NCBI GenBank assembly: GCA_028686615.1
Contig: JAQUBQ010000001.1
Coordinates: forward strand, 142 to 64,141
DNA from: Clostridia bacterium
Lineage (GTDB): Bacteria > Bacillota > Clostridia > TANB77 > CAG-465
DNA: 64,000 bases
Direction: 5' to 3'
Position numbers and translations under genes: made by a program. A model generated the notes under the pieces. The model did not search any database and had not been told where the DNA came from. It saw only the letters and a program-made list of their open reading frames with translations. Below are positions 31,567-41,300 of this stretch, one piece after another; within the stretch, counting starts at the first letter, position 1, and every line of letters starts with the position of its first letter.

Positions 31567-31637
31567 GTTTACGTAATATTTAAGAGTTTCCTTATAATTA
31601 TATAGGTTGTTTAATATTTTTTAGGAGGGTTATTTAT

Positions 31638-31910
31638 ATGTATCGTATAAATACTTTTAAAGCATTAGTCTTAGGTAAAATTTCTCGGAAAAGAAATGGT
31701 TCTTTAGTTCTTCATGCAGCGTTGTATGAAACAAATAAAAAAATAGTCATAGATCTAACAGATTATTTATTTGATACTTTTGGTCGTACTAAATTTACTA
31801 ATTTTGAATTAGAGCAAATATCTGCAGCTATTCCTAATACATTAAAAGTTTCGAATTACGGTAGCATTTGGCTACCAACCTCCTTTATCATCAAAGGTGT
31901 ATGCTTTTGA
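31638..31910 (+). CDS. Hypothetical 90-aa protein
   Basis: Perfect -35/-10 promoter, a good RBS, and a rho-independent terminator immediately downstream (31933-31956). No recognisable family. Confidence 0.6.
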   Translation: MYRINTFKALVLGKISRKRNGSLVLHAALYETNKKIVIDLTDYLFDTFGRTKFTNFELEQISAAIPNTLKVSNYGSIWLPTSFIIKGVCF

Positions 31911-31932
31911 TGAAAATAATATTTTTTGGCAA

Positions 31933-31956
31933 GGGCGTATGGGTTTCCATACGCTC
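31933..31956 (+). terminator. Rho-independent terminator
   Basis: GGGCGTATGG, loop GTTT, CCATACGCTC, followed by TTGTACATTTGTTTTT. Confidence 0.7.
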
Positions 31957-31970
31957 TTGTACATTTGTTT

Positions 31971-33011
31971 TTATACTACATTATATTCTACTGCTCTTAT
32001 AATTCTATTTATAATGCTAATCCCAAGACCTTTTTCTTCTATGCCTTCTACAATATAATATGTTGCATCTTCTTTATCGATTTTTCGTAATAAATGAAAA
32101 ATGTTCCTTGATATTTCTTTTAAATCGTTTTTACTTCCCATATTAAATATTTTATTTATATTAGAATAATTATTATACTTAGCTGTCTCTATACTTTCCC
32201 TACTAGCAAGAATAATTATTTTTTCATCTTTTTTTGTTTTAATTTCTTTAATTACTTTTTCGATTATATCTTTATCTTTCTCCCATTTTATTAATACTCC
32301 TGGAATACTAGGTGCATAATGTTTGTATTTCATTCCCGGTGAAGATACAGTTTCAATTTGAGATACCTTTTTAAATATCTTTTCATCATATTTAACATTT
32401 GAGCATATCTTAGATATATCTTCTATGGTTATACTTCCTGGCCTTAAAATTATTACTTCATTTTCTTTTACTGTTACAACAGTAGATTCTATTCCATAAT
32501 TTGAACAGCCACCATCTATTGCATATAGTTGTTTATCTTTAAATTCTTCTTCTATATCTTCAAGTCTTGTACCACTTGGCTTTCCTGATATATTTGCACT
32601 AGGAGCTGCGATTGGTACTCCCGCTGTAGATATAAGTTCTATTGCAACTTTACTCTCTGGCATTCTTATTCCTATCGTATCTAATCCTGCTGTAACTTCA
32701 TATGGTACTTCTTGCTTCTTTTTTAAAACTATTGTAAAAGGACCTGGCCAAAATGCATCCATAAGTTTTTCTTCTAATTTAGAATAACTCTTAACTAATT
32801 TATTTAGCATACTTTTACTTGATATATGTACAATCAGCGGATTATCTTTGGCTCTTTCTTTTATTTTAAATATTTTACTTACAGCTACCTTATCAAGTGC
32901 ATTTGCTCCTATTCCATAAACAGTTTCTGTTGGAAATACAACTATATCTCCTTTTTTGATTAGTTCTGCTGCATAATGTATATTTTCACTATTATTAATT
33001 AATTTATTCAT
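31971..33011 (-). CDS. tsaC: L-threonylcarbamoyladenylate synthase (Sua5/YwlC/TsaC family, with the C-terminal Sua5 domain)
   Basis: VFPTETVYGIGANALD YrdC-domain motif. At 346 aa it fits the long Sua5-type form. Confidence 0.85.
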   Translation of the reverse strand: MNKLINNSENIHYAAELIKKGDIVVFPTETVYGIGANALDKVAVSKIFKIKERAKDNPLIVHISSKSMLNKLVKSYSKLEEKLMDAFWPGPFTIVLKKKQEVPYEVTAGLDTIGIRMPESKVAIELISTAGVPIAAPSANISGKPSGTRLEDIEEEFKDKQLYAIDGGCSNYGIESTVVTVKENEVIILRPGSITIEDISKICSNVKYDEKIFKKVSQIETVSSPGMKYKHYAPSIPGVLIKWEKDKDIIEKVIKEIKTKKDEKIIILASRESIETAKYNNYSNINKIFNMGSKNDLKEISRNIFHLLRKIDKEDATYYIVEGIEEKGLGISIINRIIRAVEYNVV

Positions 33012-33072
33012 TCTTTATCTCCATCAAACAAAAACCACATAAATGTATGCTTCATTTATGTAGTTCTAACAT

Positions 33073-34402
33073 CTATTTTAATTTTATTATAATATCTTTA
33101 ATTATTCCTGTTTCTTGTTCCCCTGTCTCCATGTTCTTAATTGTTAAAGTGTTTGTTTTTATTTCGTCTTCACCTATAAATATTACGTAAGGGATTTTAA
33201 GTTTGTTAGCGTAGTTTAGCATACTCTTAGTTGTTTTTCTGTTATAACAAACTTCTGCATTTATTCCTTCACTTCTAAGGTCACTAGCAATTTTAAATGC
33301 AAAACTTAAATCTTCTATCATAGGTACTATTAAAACCTTTGCTGTTGAAGCCGCTTTTGTTGATATAACATTATTCATTTTTAAATATGTGAACAACCTT
33401 GATAAACCTATAGAGATTCCCACTCCTGGAAGTTTCTTGTTTGTATAATATTCTGCTAAATTATCATATCTTCCTCCCGAACAAATGCTTCCAAGTTCTG
33501 GGTAATCCATAAGTACTGTTTCATATACTGTTCCTGTATAATAATCTAAACCTCTTGCTATTTTTAGATCTATCATGTAGTTTTGTTCTGGAACATTAAA
33601 AGCTTTTACAGCATTAGTTACTTGCTCTAATTCTAATATTCCTTCATTAAACATTTTAGAATTAATATTAAAGTTTTTTAGTTTTATAATTGTCTCTTCA
33701 TTATTTCCTTTAATATTAATAAATTTTAATATTTCATTTGCTTTTTCATCTGATATTTGTATTTCTTTAAGCAACTCCCTAGTAGCATCTTCTCCTATTT
33801 TTTCATATTTGTCTATTAACCTTAGTATTTCTGTTATTTTATCTGTTAATTCTAAATAATCAAAAAAACCATTTAATATTTTTCTATTATTAATTCTAAT
33901 TAGAAATCTTTCAAATCCAAGGTCTTTAAATGTTGTATATATTATTGATGGTATTTCCGCATCATTTAATATATTTAATTCTCCATCACCAATAATATCA
34001 ATATCACATTGATAAAATTCACGGTATCTTCCTTTTTGCGGTCTTTCTCCCCTATATACCTTTCCCATTTGATACCTTCTAAATGGAAATGTTAAACTTC
34101 CATAATTTATCGCCACATATTTTGCCAAAGGAACTGTTAAATCAAATCTCATTGACATATCAGTATCCCCTTTTGTAAATCTATATATTTGTTTTTCTGT
34201 TTCCCCTCCGTGCTTTAGCAAGAAGTACTTCAGATGCTTCTAAAACTGGTGTATCAAGAGGTATAAATCCAAATTTTTCATATGACTTTCTAACACTATC
34301 ATACATTTTATTAAATAATATTTGTTCATCTGGTAATAATTCTAAAAAACCAGGTAAAGTTCTTGCTTTTATTTTTTCTATCTTTTGCATAACATTACTC
34401 AT
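33073..34402 (-). pseudogene. Histidyl-tRNA synthetase-like gene (HisS/HisZ family), split by a frameshift near 34181-34221
   Basis: N-terminal 73-aa ORF ([40 protein letters not shown]) plus a 382-aa ORF. The 382-aa ORF has motif 2 (GERPQKGRYREFYQCDIDIIG), SGGRYDNL, and an anticodon-binding-like C-terminus. RFDLT replaces the canonical RPEGT and is closer to HisZ. Confidence 0.6.
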
Positions 34403-34511
34403 CTCCTATTGCCTTTTATTCTTTGTAATATATTATCATATAACTTAGATAAAATCTAGATTATTTAAAAAGAAAATAAGAGGCATAAATATATACCCCT
34501 TATTTACTATA

Positions 34512-34988
34512 TTAATCTATTCTTGTTACTTCAAGAATTTCTACTCTCTCACCATTAAAAAAAATTACTTCTCCTACTTTTTTACCTAATATTTTAATAA
34601 CTATAGGTGCTTCTACTCCAAGTGCAAAATCATTATATCCTCTTTGATTCATACCATGAATTTCATATTTTTCTGTGGTTCCACCAAAATCTAAAACAAC
34701 ACTTGTACCTATTATTACTGTCAATCCATCATGATTTTTGTAAAAGTCTTCATCTTCAACTTTCACGAAATTTCTTAGCTTTCCATCAATTTTAGATATT
34801 TCATTCGGAATATCATAGTTGATTTTTTTTAATAACATAATACAATTTTCTTCCTTTATATCCTCTTTACTTATAGAGTTTCTTTCCACCAGTAATTTTC
34901 TTTGCTCTTCCTTAAGAAGCTTCTTTTTCTCCTCTAAAAAAAGAATATCCTTTGATGTTAAATATACCTCTTTAGTCCGTATTGACAT
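34512..34988 (-). CDS. GreA/GreB-family transcription elongation factor
   Basis: N-terminal coiled-coil, then a C-terminal FKBP-like domain (GKKVGEVIFFNGERVEILEV). 158 aa. Confidence 0.6.
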   Translation of the reverse strand: MSIRTKEVYLTSKDILFLEEKKKLLKEEQRKLLVERNSISKEDIKEENCIMLLKKINYDIPNEISKIDGKLRNFVKVEDEDFYKNHDGLTVIIGTSVVLDFGGTTEKYEIHGMNQRGYNDFALGVEAPIVIKILGKKVGEVIFFNGERVEILEVTRID

Positions 34989-35180
34989 TGAATTATCCTC
35001 CTTGATGTTATTAATTTAATACTCTCCTTTTTTGGCTATTATCCTCCTTTAATGAAATTAATATTATTAAATACTAAACATATATTATATGTTGCTCTAC
35101 TATTCTACCTTTGTATACATAAAAAGTCAAGTACTATGTAGCACTTGACTTTTATATAATGTTTTTTATCTTTATTCTCT

Positions 35181-36542
35181 TTAGTAGCCTGTTAACTCCA
35201 GCAACGGATATATATGATGATAAGCAAATCCAAAATCCGAATTAAGTCCATTATCTTTATTAAATATATTTAATTTTTTTTCCACATCTTTTAACATACT
35301 TGTTATATATGGATATGTATACTCATAATCTTCTGCTATATATGTAGGAACTAAGTCTGGTCTATTTATTTTAGCCTCTGCTTCTGCTTCAAATACACTT
35401 AAATCAACACCCACTATATAATCCTTTTTATATTTTTCTAATCTTTCTAGTACTGATTCTGTAAGAGTTATAGTTGTTCCATCACCAAAGGTATACTTTC
35501 CTTTATTGTCTAAGCTTAAAAAAATGTTGTTTGCGTTTGTTGTATAATCCATAAATGTAATTTCATCTGCTAATTTTATTACTTCCTCTGCTATATTTTT
35601 TTCTACTCCATCATGTATAGCTGTATATCTATCCCACCAAACAGGAATATCATATCCAATAGTAATGTTTTTACCTTTAGAATAATTATATACTTCTGTT
35701 ATAAAGTCTAAATAACTAGTTCTACAAATGTTACTTTTTGCTGCATCACCTTGACCATCCACCCATTGTGAATTTGCATATGGTTCAACATCATAATGTA
35801 TTCCTCTTATCTTAGAATCGTAACTCGCATTTTCATTATACTCTGTAATTGCATCAATTATTGAATTAACCGAAGAAGGACGTATTTCTTCAAATACAAA
35901 TTGTGGATCCCCATATAATGCATATACGTACATATCTCTCTTATATGCCTCTTTGATAAAATTAGTATATCTATCGGTCTTATCTATATCTATAGGAATA
36001 TATATAATATTTACATTTAATTCCTTTAACTTATCTAAAACTCTTTTGGTTTCCAATGGATTATCTACATATTTAATTTCTTCTGGAATAGTAGAATTAC
36101 ACCAAAACCAAACAGCTATTACTTTTTTTATATCTTCTAATTCATTTTTTTCTATTTCAATAACAGTATTTAGTTTTTTAGAAAAAATATAACTTTTTTT
36201 AGGATCAGTTTTAATATTTAATTTATCTGTTTCTATTTTATAAAAAAAATCTAAAGGTGATAAATTAGTTCCAATTTTACTTTCAATATATGTTTTTAGA
36301 TTACCAGAAAAAGGACTAGCAAAAGGTGTAGACCTTATACAATTTTCTTCTGTGGTAATCTTGCTATAATTAAGAGCCTCATGTATTGTTGATTCATTAT
36401 TTAGTCTTACTGAATCTGATGTTTTATTAATTAAATCATTATTTGTAATTGATAATATTATCGCTGATGCTAAAATTATCATAATTATTATTGTAATAAG
36501 TAATACTATTAATGATATTCCCTTTATTTTATTTGTTTCCAT
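35181..36542 (-). CDS. Pilin-like N-terminal segment fused to a putative glycoside-hydrolase-like TIM-barrel domain protein
   Basis: N-terminus METNKIKGISLIVLLITIIIMIILASAIILSI. The C-terminal roughly 350 aa contain hydrolase-like segments (IAVWFWCN, IGYDIPVWWD). The family assignment is uncertain. It lies 36 nt downstream of the NRPS-coupled kinase. Confidence 0.45.
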   Translation of the reverse strand: METNKIKGISLIVLLITIIIMIILASAIILSITNNDLINKTSDSVRLNNESTIHEALNYSKITTEENCIRSTPFASPFSGNLKTYIESKIGTNLSPLDFFYKIETDKLNIKTDPKKSYIFSKKLNTVIEIEKNELEDIKKVIAVWFWCNSTIPEEIKYVDNPLETKRVLDKLKELNVNIIYIPIDIDKTDRYTNFIKEAYKRDMYVYALYGDPQFVFEEIRPSSVNSIIDAITEYNENASYDSKIRGIHYDVEPYANSQWVDGQGDAAKSNICRTSYLDFITEVYNYSKGKNITIGYDIPVWWDRYTAIHDGVEKNIAEEVIKLADEITFMDYTTNANNIFLSLDNKGKYTFGDGTTITLTESVLERLEKYKKDYIVGVDLSVFEAEAEAKINRPDLVPTYIAEDYEYTYPYITSMLKDVEKKLNIFNKDNGLNSDFGFAYHHIYPLLELTGY

Positions 36543-36578
36543 ATGATTTCCTTTTCTCTCTTAAATTTATAATTCTGT

Positions 36579-38309
36579 TTATGATTTATTATCTTCAAGT
36601 GGAATGTTTATTATAAATTCTGTTCCTTTACCTGTTTCAGTGTTAAAAGATATTTCACCACCAAATGAACCTTTTATAATAGAATAGGCTAAATATAATC
36701 CAAAGCCTGTACCAGATACACCTTTAGTTGTAAGTATATTTTTAAATATATGTTCTCTAACTGTTTCTGGTATTCCTCCTGCATAATCCTTGATTTTAAT
36801 AATTGCATGATGGCTTTCATCTATATACGACTTTATATCTATAGTTCCACCTTTGCCTTCATAAGCTTGAATTGCATTAATTATAAGATTTGTAATTACT
36901 TGACTTAATTTTGCTTGTTCTCCTTTTATTATTATTTCATTTATAATATCAACATTTAAAACTATATTGTTTTTCATAAGCTCGTTGTTTATTATTATTC
37001 TTGTATCTTTAATTAAATCTGATATTTTAATATTTACCTTGATATTAGTTCCGATGTTTCTTATTTGATTTCTCATACTATTAACAAGTGTAATTATTTT
37101 ATCTGCACATCTATCCATACTTCCTAATAAGTTTATTTCATCACTAGATGTTACTCTCTCTTTTAACATTAATATACCACTCTTAATTGCTGCAATAGGT
37201 GTATTAATATCATGGGCAACTCCTCCAGCAAGTTCTCCCAATATTATTAGGTTTTCATTTTTTGTCATTTTCTCTATTTCTTTTTTTTGTTGAGTTATAT
37301 CTCTAAAATATAATAGTGATGCTACGTATTCATTTCCGTTTTTAGCTTTAACTGGTTGTATATCAATTTCAAAATCTCTAGTTAAGTTATCCCTCACGAT
37401 TTTATATTCTCTTACTACAGAACCTTTTGTTTTTTTACTTTCTTCAATATCTACTTTTAATTTTTCTATGTCTATTATATTTTTTTCCTCTATTGCATCA
37501 AATAAATTGCTATTATTACTAAGCCCTAACATTTTACCAAATGTGTTTTTAAATGATTGGTTCATATCTGCTATTGTTCCGTCATCACTTACTACAACAA
37601 AGCCATCAACCATTGTATCTATAATTGTTCTAAACGCTACTGGTGTAACATTTAATGCTTTGAATTTAATTATGGCTAATCCAAAACAAATAATTGTAGC
37701 AGTAAACATTATTGGTGTAATATATACTGTAAGTTTTATTATCCCTATTGTAGCCAATATATTTGGAATTAATGGGAATAAACATCCTAATATTATAAGT
37801 GCTGTTTGTCTAGAGAAAAAACCAGATTTTTTTAAAGATGTTTCTATAAGTAAAATCATACTAATTATCATACAACTATATGAATATATTGAATATATTA
37901 TAAATAGTGGGCCAAATTCTGTAGAATTTATATTTATAGAATAAGTTCTATAAAATAAATGGTGAATATCGTTTGTCCATAAAACTATTAAAAAAAATAC
38001 TGGTATGCAAATAAGAACATTATTCTTTTTTAATATTTTTTTACTTCTATATGATATTGAAAATATTATAAATAGTGGGCCTATAAACATTCCACCTATA
38101 TATGATATATATTCATAATATATTAATGGAATATCATAGATTCCTCCTAAAAACACTTGTAATATAATTCCACTTAATTGAATTATTAATGCTATTAGTA
38201 AATACAAAAGCGTTTTATATTCCAGTTGTTTGTTTTCTTTAGTTCTTATATAATATGTAAACACTATAAGAACTAACAATGATATTAATAATAATGTTTT
38301 TATTACCAT
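36579..38309 (-). CDS. Orphan sensor histidine kinase with a 7TM N-terminal domain, a PAS domain, HisKA and HATPase_c
   Basis: About 7 TM helices in residues 1-210. HisKA box ELAGGVAHDINTPIAAI. G boxes FNTETGKGTEF. Its ATG directly abuts the NRPS TAA stop (TAAATG). No response regulator is adjacent. Confidence 0.85.
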   Translation of the reverse strand: MVIKTLLLISLLVLIVFTYYIRTKENKQLEYKTLLYLLIALIIQLSGIILQVFLGGIYDIPLIYYEYISYIGGMFIGPLFIIFSISYRSKKILKKNNVLICIPVFFLIVLWTNDIHHLFYRTYSININSTEFGPLFIIYSIYSYSCMIISMILLIETSLKKSGFFSRQTALIILGCLFPLIPNILATIGIIKLTVYITPIMFTATIICFGLAIIKFKALNVTPVAFRTIIDTMVDGFVVVSDDGTIADMNQSFKNTFGKMLGLSNNSNLFDAIEEKNIIDIEKLKVDIEESKKTKGSVVREYKIVRDNLTRDFEIDIQPVKAKNGNEYVASLLYFRDITQQKKEIEKMTKNENLIILGELAGGVAHDINTPIAAIKSGILMLKERVTSSDEINLLGSMDRCADKIITLVNSMRNQIRNIGTNIKVNIKISDLIKDTRIIINNELMKNNIVLNVDIINEIIIKGEQAKLSQVITNLIINAIQAYEGKGGTIDIKSYIDESHHAIIKIKDYAGGIPETVREHIFKNILTTKGVSGTGFGLYLAYSIIKGSFGGEISFNTETGKGTEFIINIPLEDNKS

Positions 38310-41300
38310 TTATTCCTCCTTGTTTGGACTAATAATAAAATTTGCTTTTATTAAATAACTAAAATATTTTTTAATATAGTTCTCGTCCAATTTCTCCCAT
38401 CTGAACTTTAAATTATTTAAATATCTTTTTGTTATATCTGATTTTACTATTATATTTGAAGTATACTTTATTTCTTGATTCCTATCTAAGTCTATTATAA
38501 TTCCTGTAATATTTTTATTTTTTTGTTCTATTAACTTATGTAATTTGTTTTTAAATTCAAGTTCTGTTACTTCTTCTATTTTAATATTTAATTCTTTTAT
38601 AATTTGTAGCAATTCTCTCATATATATATGATTGTCATTAAATATATGTAAAATTCTATAATCACAATTATCATATAATGCTCTGACAATTATGTCTGCT
38701 GCTTGATCAATAGGGCTCATTTCAATATATACATCTTTAAATTTATTTGGTATCATCTCAAGTTCTACAAAAGCCTTAATTCTATTTACAAATGCATTTT
38801 CTTCTATGTTAGGTTGGAATTTTCCATCTGTATATCTTCCTGTTAAATTCCCCATTCTCATTATTGTCAAGTTAAGGCCTTCCTCACATAATTTTAAAAG
38901 TTCTACCTCTGCAATGTATTTACTATATACATATCCATTGTATAATTTTTGTTCAATAAACAATTCATTTTCACTATAATTAACTTTTTCTTCAAACTTT
39001 TGTTCTATCTGACCAGTCTCTAACATATTTCCGCATACACTTAATGTAGATACATGATATAAATGCATTTTATTTTTAATACATAATTTTGCTAGATTAA
39101 TAGCTACTTTTACGTTCATTTTTAGAAATAAATCTCTTTCTGCAAAGTGTTTTACAACAGCAGCGGAGTTTATTACACTTCCTATATTATTAATGTTTTC
39201 CACTTTACTAAATATGGTTTCTTCTAATATGTCCCCCTCAATCACTATAATTCTTGTGCCAAAAAAACCTTCATACTTGTTTTTAAAAAAGAATTTCATT
39301 CTTTCTTTTAACCTTGTTTCTCCAGTAATACCGTTTTTAGCCCTTACAATACAATAAATCTTTCTGCTTTTTGAGGTATCTACCATATTGGAAAGAATAT
39401 GCGCTCCTAAAAAACCAGTTGCACCTGTAAGTAATACATCTTCTTTATTATTGTTTTTTTTATTTTTATTTTTTATTGCATTATTTATTTTATCATAATT
39501 ATAATTTGATATATTATACATTTCATCTAACTGATTTGGTAATTTGTTTGACAATTTTCTAATTGTTCTATAATTATACAAGTCAGCATAGGTATAACTA
39601 TATTGTTTCTGTGAAGACTTCATAACAAATTCAGTAGCAAGTATTGAATCTCCACCAATATCAAAAAAATCATCGTCTATCCCAAACTCTTCTTTTTTTA
39701 ACAGACTCTTCCAGATAGAAAAAAGACTTTTTTCTAGTTCTGTTTCAGCTTTAGATTTTTCTTTCTTTTTAGTTATTTTAATGTTTTTTAACGCACCTAT
39801 ATCTACTTTTCCGTTTATGTTTAAAGGAATTTCTTCTAAAAACACTATAACTTCAGGCACCATATAATTTGGCAAATCTTTTTTAAGTTTATTTTTGATA
39901 TCCTCTTCCTTATATTTAAACGTATCATCCTTTAAAATAAATGAATTTATTCTTTTCTTTTCATTATCAAAAATCACATACGCATCTTTTATTCCTTCTA
40001 TTTTTATAATATTATTTTTAATTTCTTCAAGTTCAATTCTATAACCTCTAATTTTTATTTGGTTATCTATTCTGCCTCTATATAAAAGGTTCATATCGTG
40101 ATTTAGTTTTACTAAGTCTCCTGTTTTATATACCATATATTTAGAATTTTCATCGTTTAAAAATAGTTTTTTTATAAGTTTTTCATTATTAACATAACCT
40201 TTACCTAACCCATACCCCCCTACTACTAATTCTCCGATTGCATTCATTGGTAATATTTTATTGCATTTATCATATACATAACAAATACTATTACTAATTG
40301 GTTTTCCTATTGGAACTTCTTTACTAATATCTTTATGGTTTTTCAATGTATATGTAGTAGATATGACAGCATTTTCTGTAGGTCCATATGCATTTATCAA
40401 ACAAGTGTTTTTACATTTATCTAAAACTCTTTTACCAGCTTCAACGGGAAATACTTCTCCTCCTGTTATTAAATATTTTATATTTTTAAACACTTCTGGT
40501 TTGTACATTGCAAACTTGTTAAAAACAGATGTTGTTAAAAGCATAACATTAATATTATTATTATTTATATAATCTTCGAAACTCTCTGGGTTTAGTAATG
40601 TCTCTTTATTTATTACATGAAGACTTGCACCATTTAAAATAGCTGACCATAATTCGAATACAGATGCATCGAAAGCAATAGTACCTGATAACAATACTTT
40701 ATCTTCTGGTAATATATTAATGTAATTTGTATTTTTCACCAATCTTACTACTCCCCCATGAGAGTTCATAGTTCCTTTAGGAAATCCAGTTGTTCCAGAT
40801 GTATACATTATATATGCTAAATCATTTTTTGTAACTTTAATGTTTATCTCTGCATCACTACTAGTAGCAAACACTTCTGAATTTCTATTTACTGATATAT
40901 ATTCAATATTAAAATCCTTGTTAATATTTGTATTGTTAATTATTTTTTCTTTTGAAAGTATAATTTTAGCATTACTATCTTTTAGCATGTATTTAATTCT
41001 ATTTTTAGGTAGCTCATAATCTATTGGTATATAATTCCCTCCTACCTTTAATACTGCAATTATTGAGACAATAAGTTCTTCTGTCTTATCAAGCATTATT
41101 GCTATTGTATCCTTTTTAGTAATACCTTTTTGTAATAATACATTAGCCAGCTGATTAGATTTTTTATCTAATTGTAAATATGTAAGTACCCTATCCTTGT
41201 ATATAACAGCTTTTTGATAGGGATATTTTTTAACATTTTCTCTAAATGTTTCTAATATATTATCAAACTCAAGAGTACTCTCTTCTTCGTTCATTTTAGT

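Noticed and set aside
31276-31640. T-box riboswitch expected upstream of glyQS
   Set aside because: The T-box core (reverse complement CGCGGNACCACCCT on the plus strand) was searched for by eye and not found. Reported as an absence, not annotated.
8745-36542. Repeated about 60-bp leader-coding sequences considered as a CRISPR array or other repeat element
   Set aside because: The copies are kilobases apart, lie inside ORFs in the same frame and encode the conserved leader. They are not short regularly spaced repeats.
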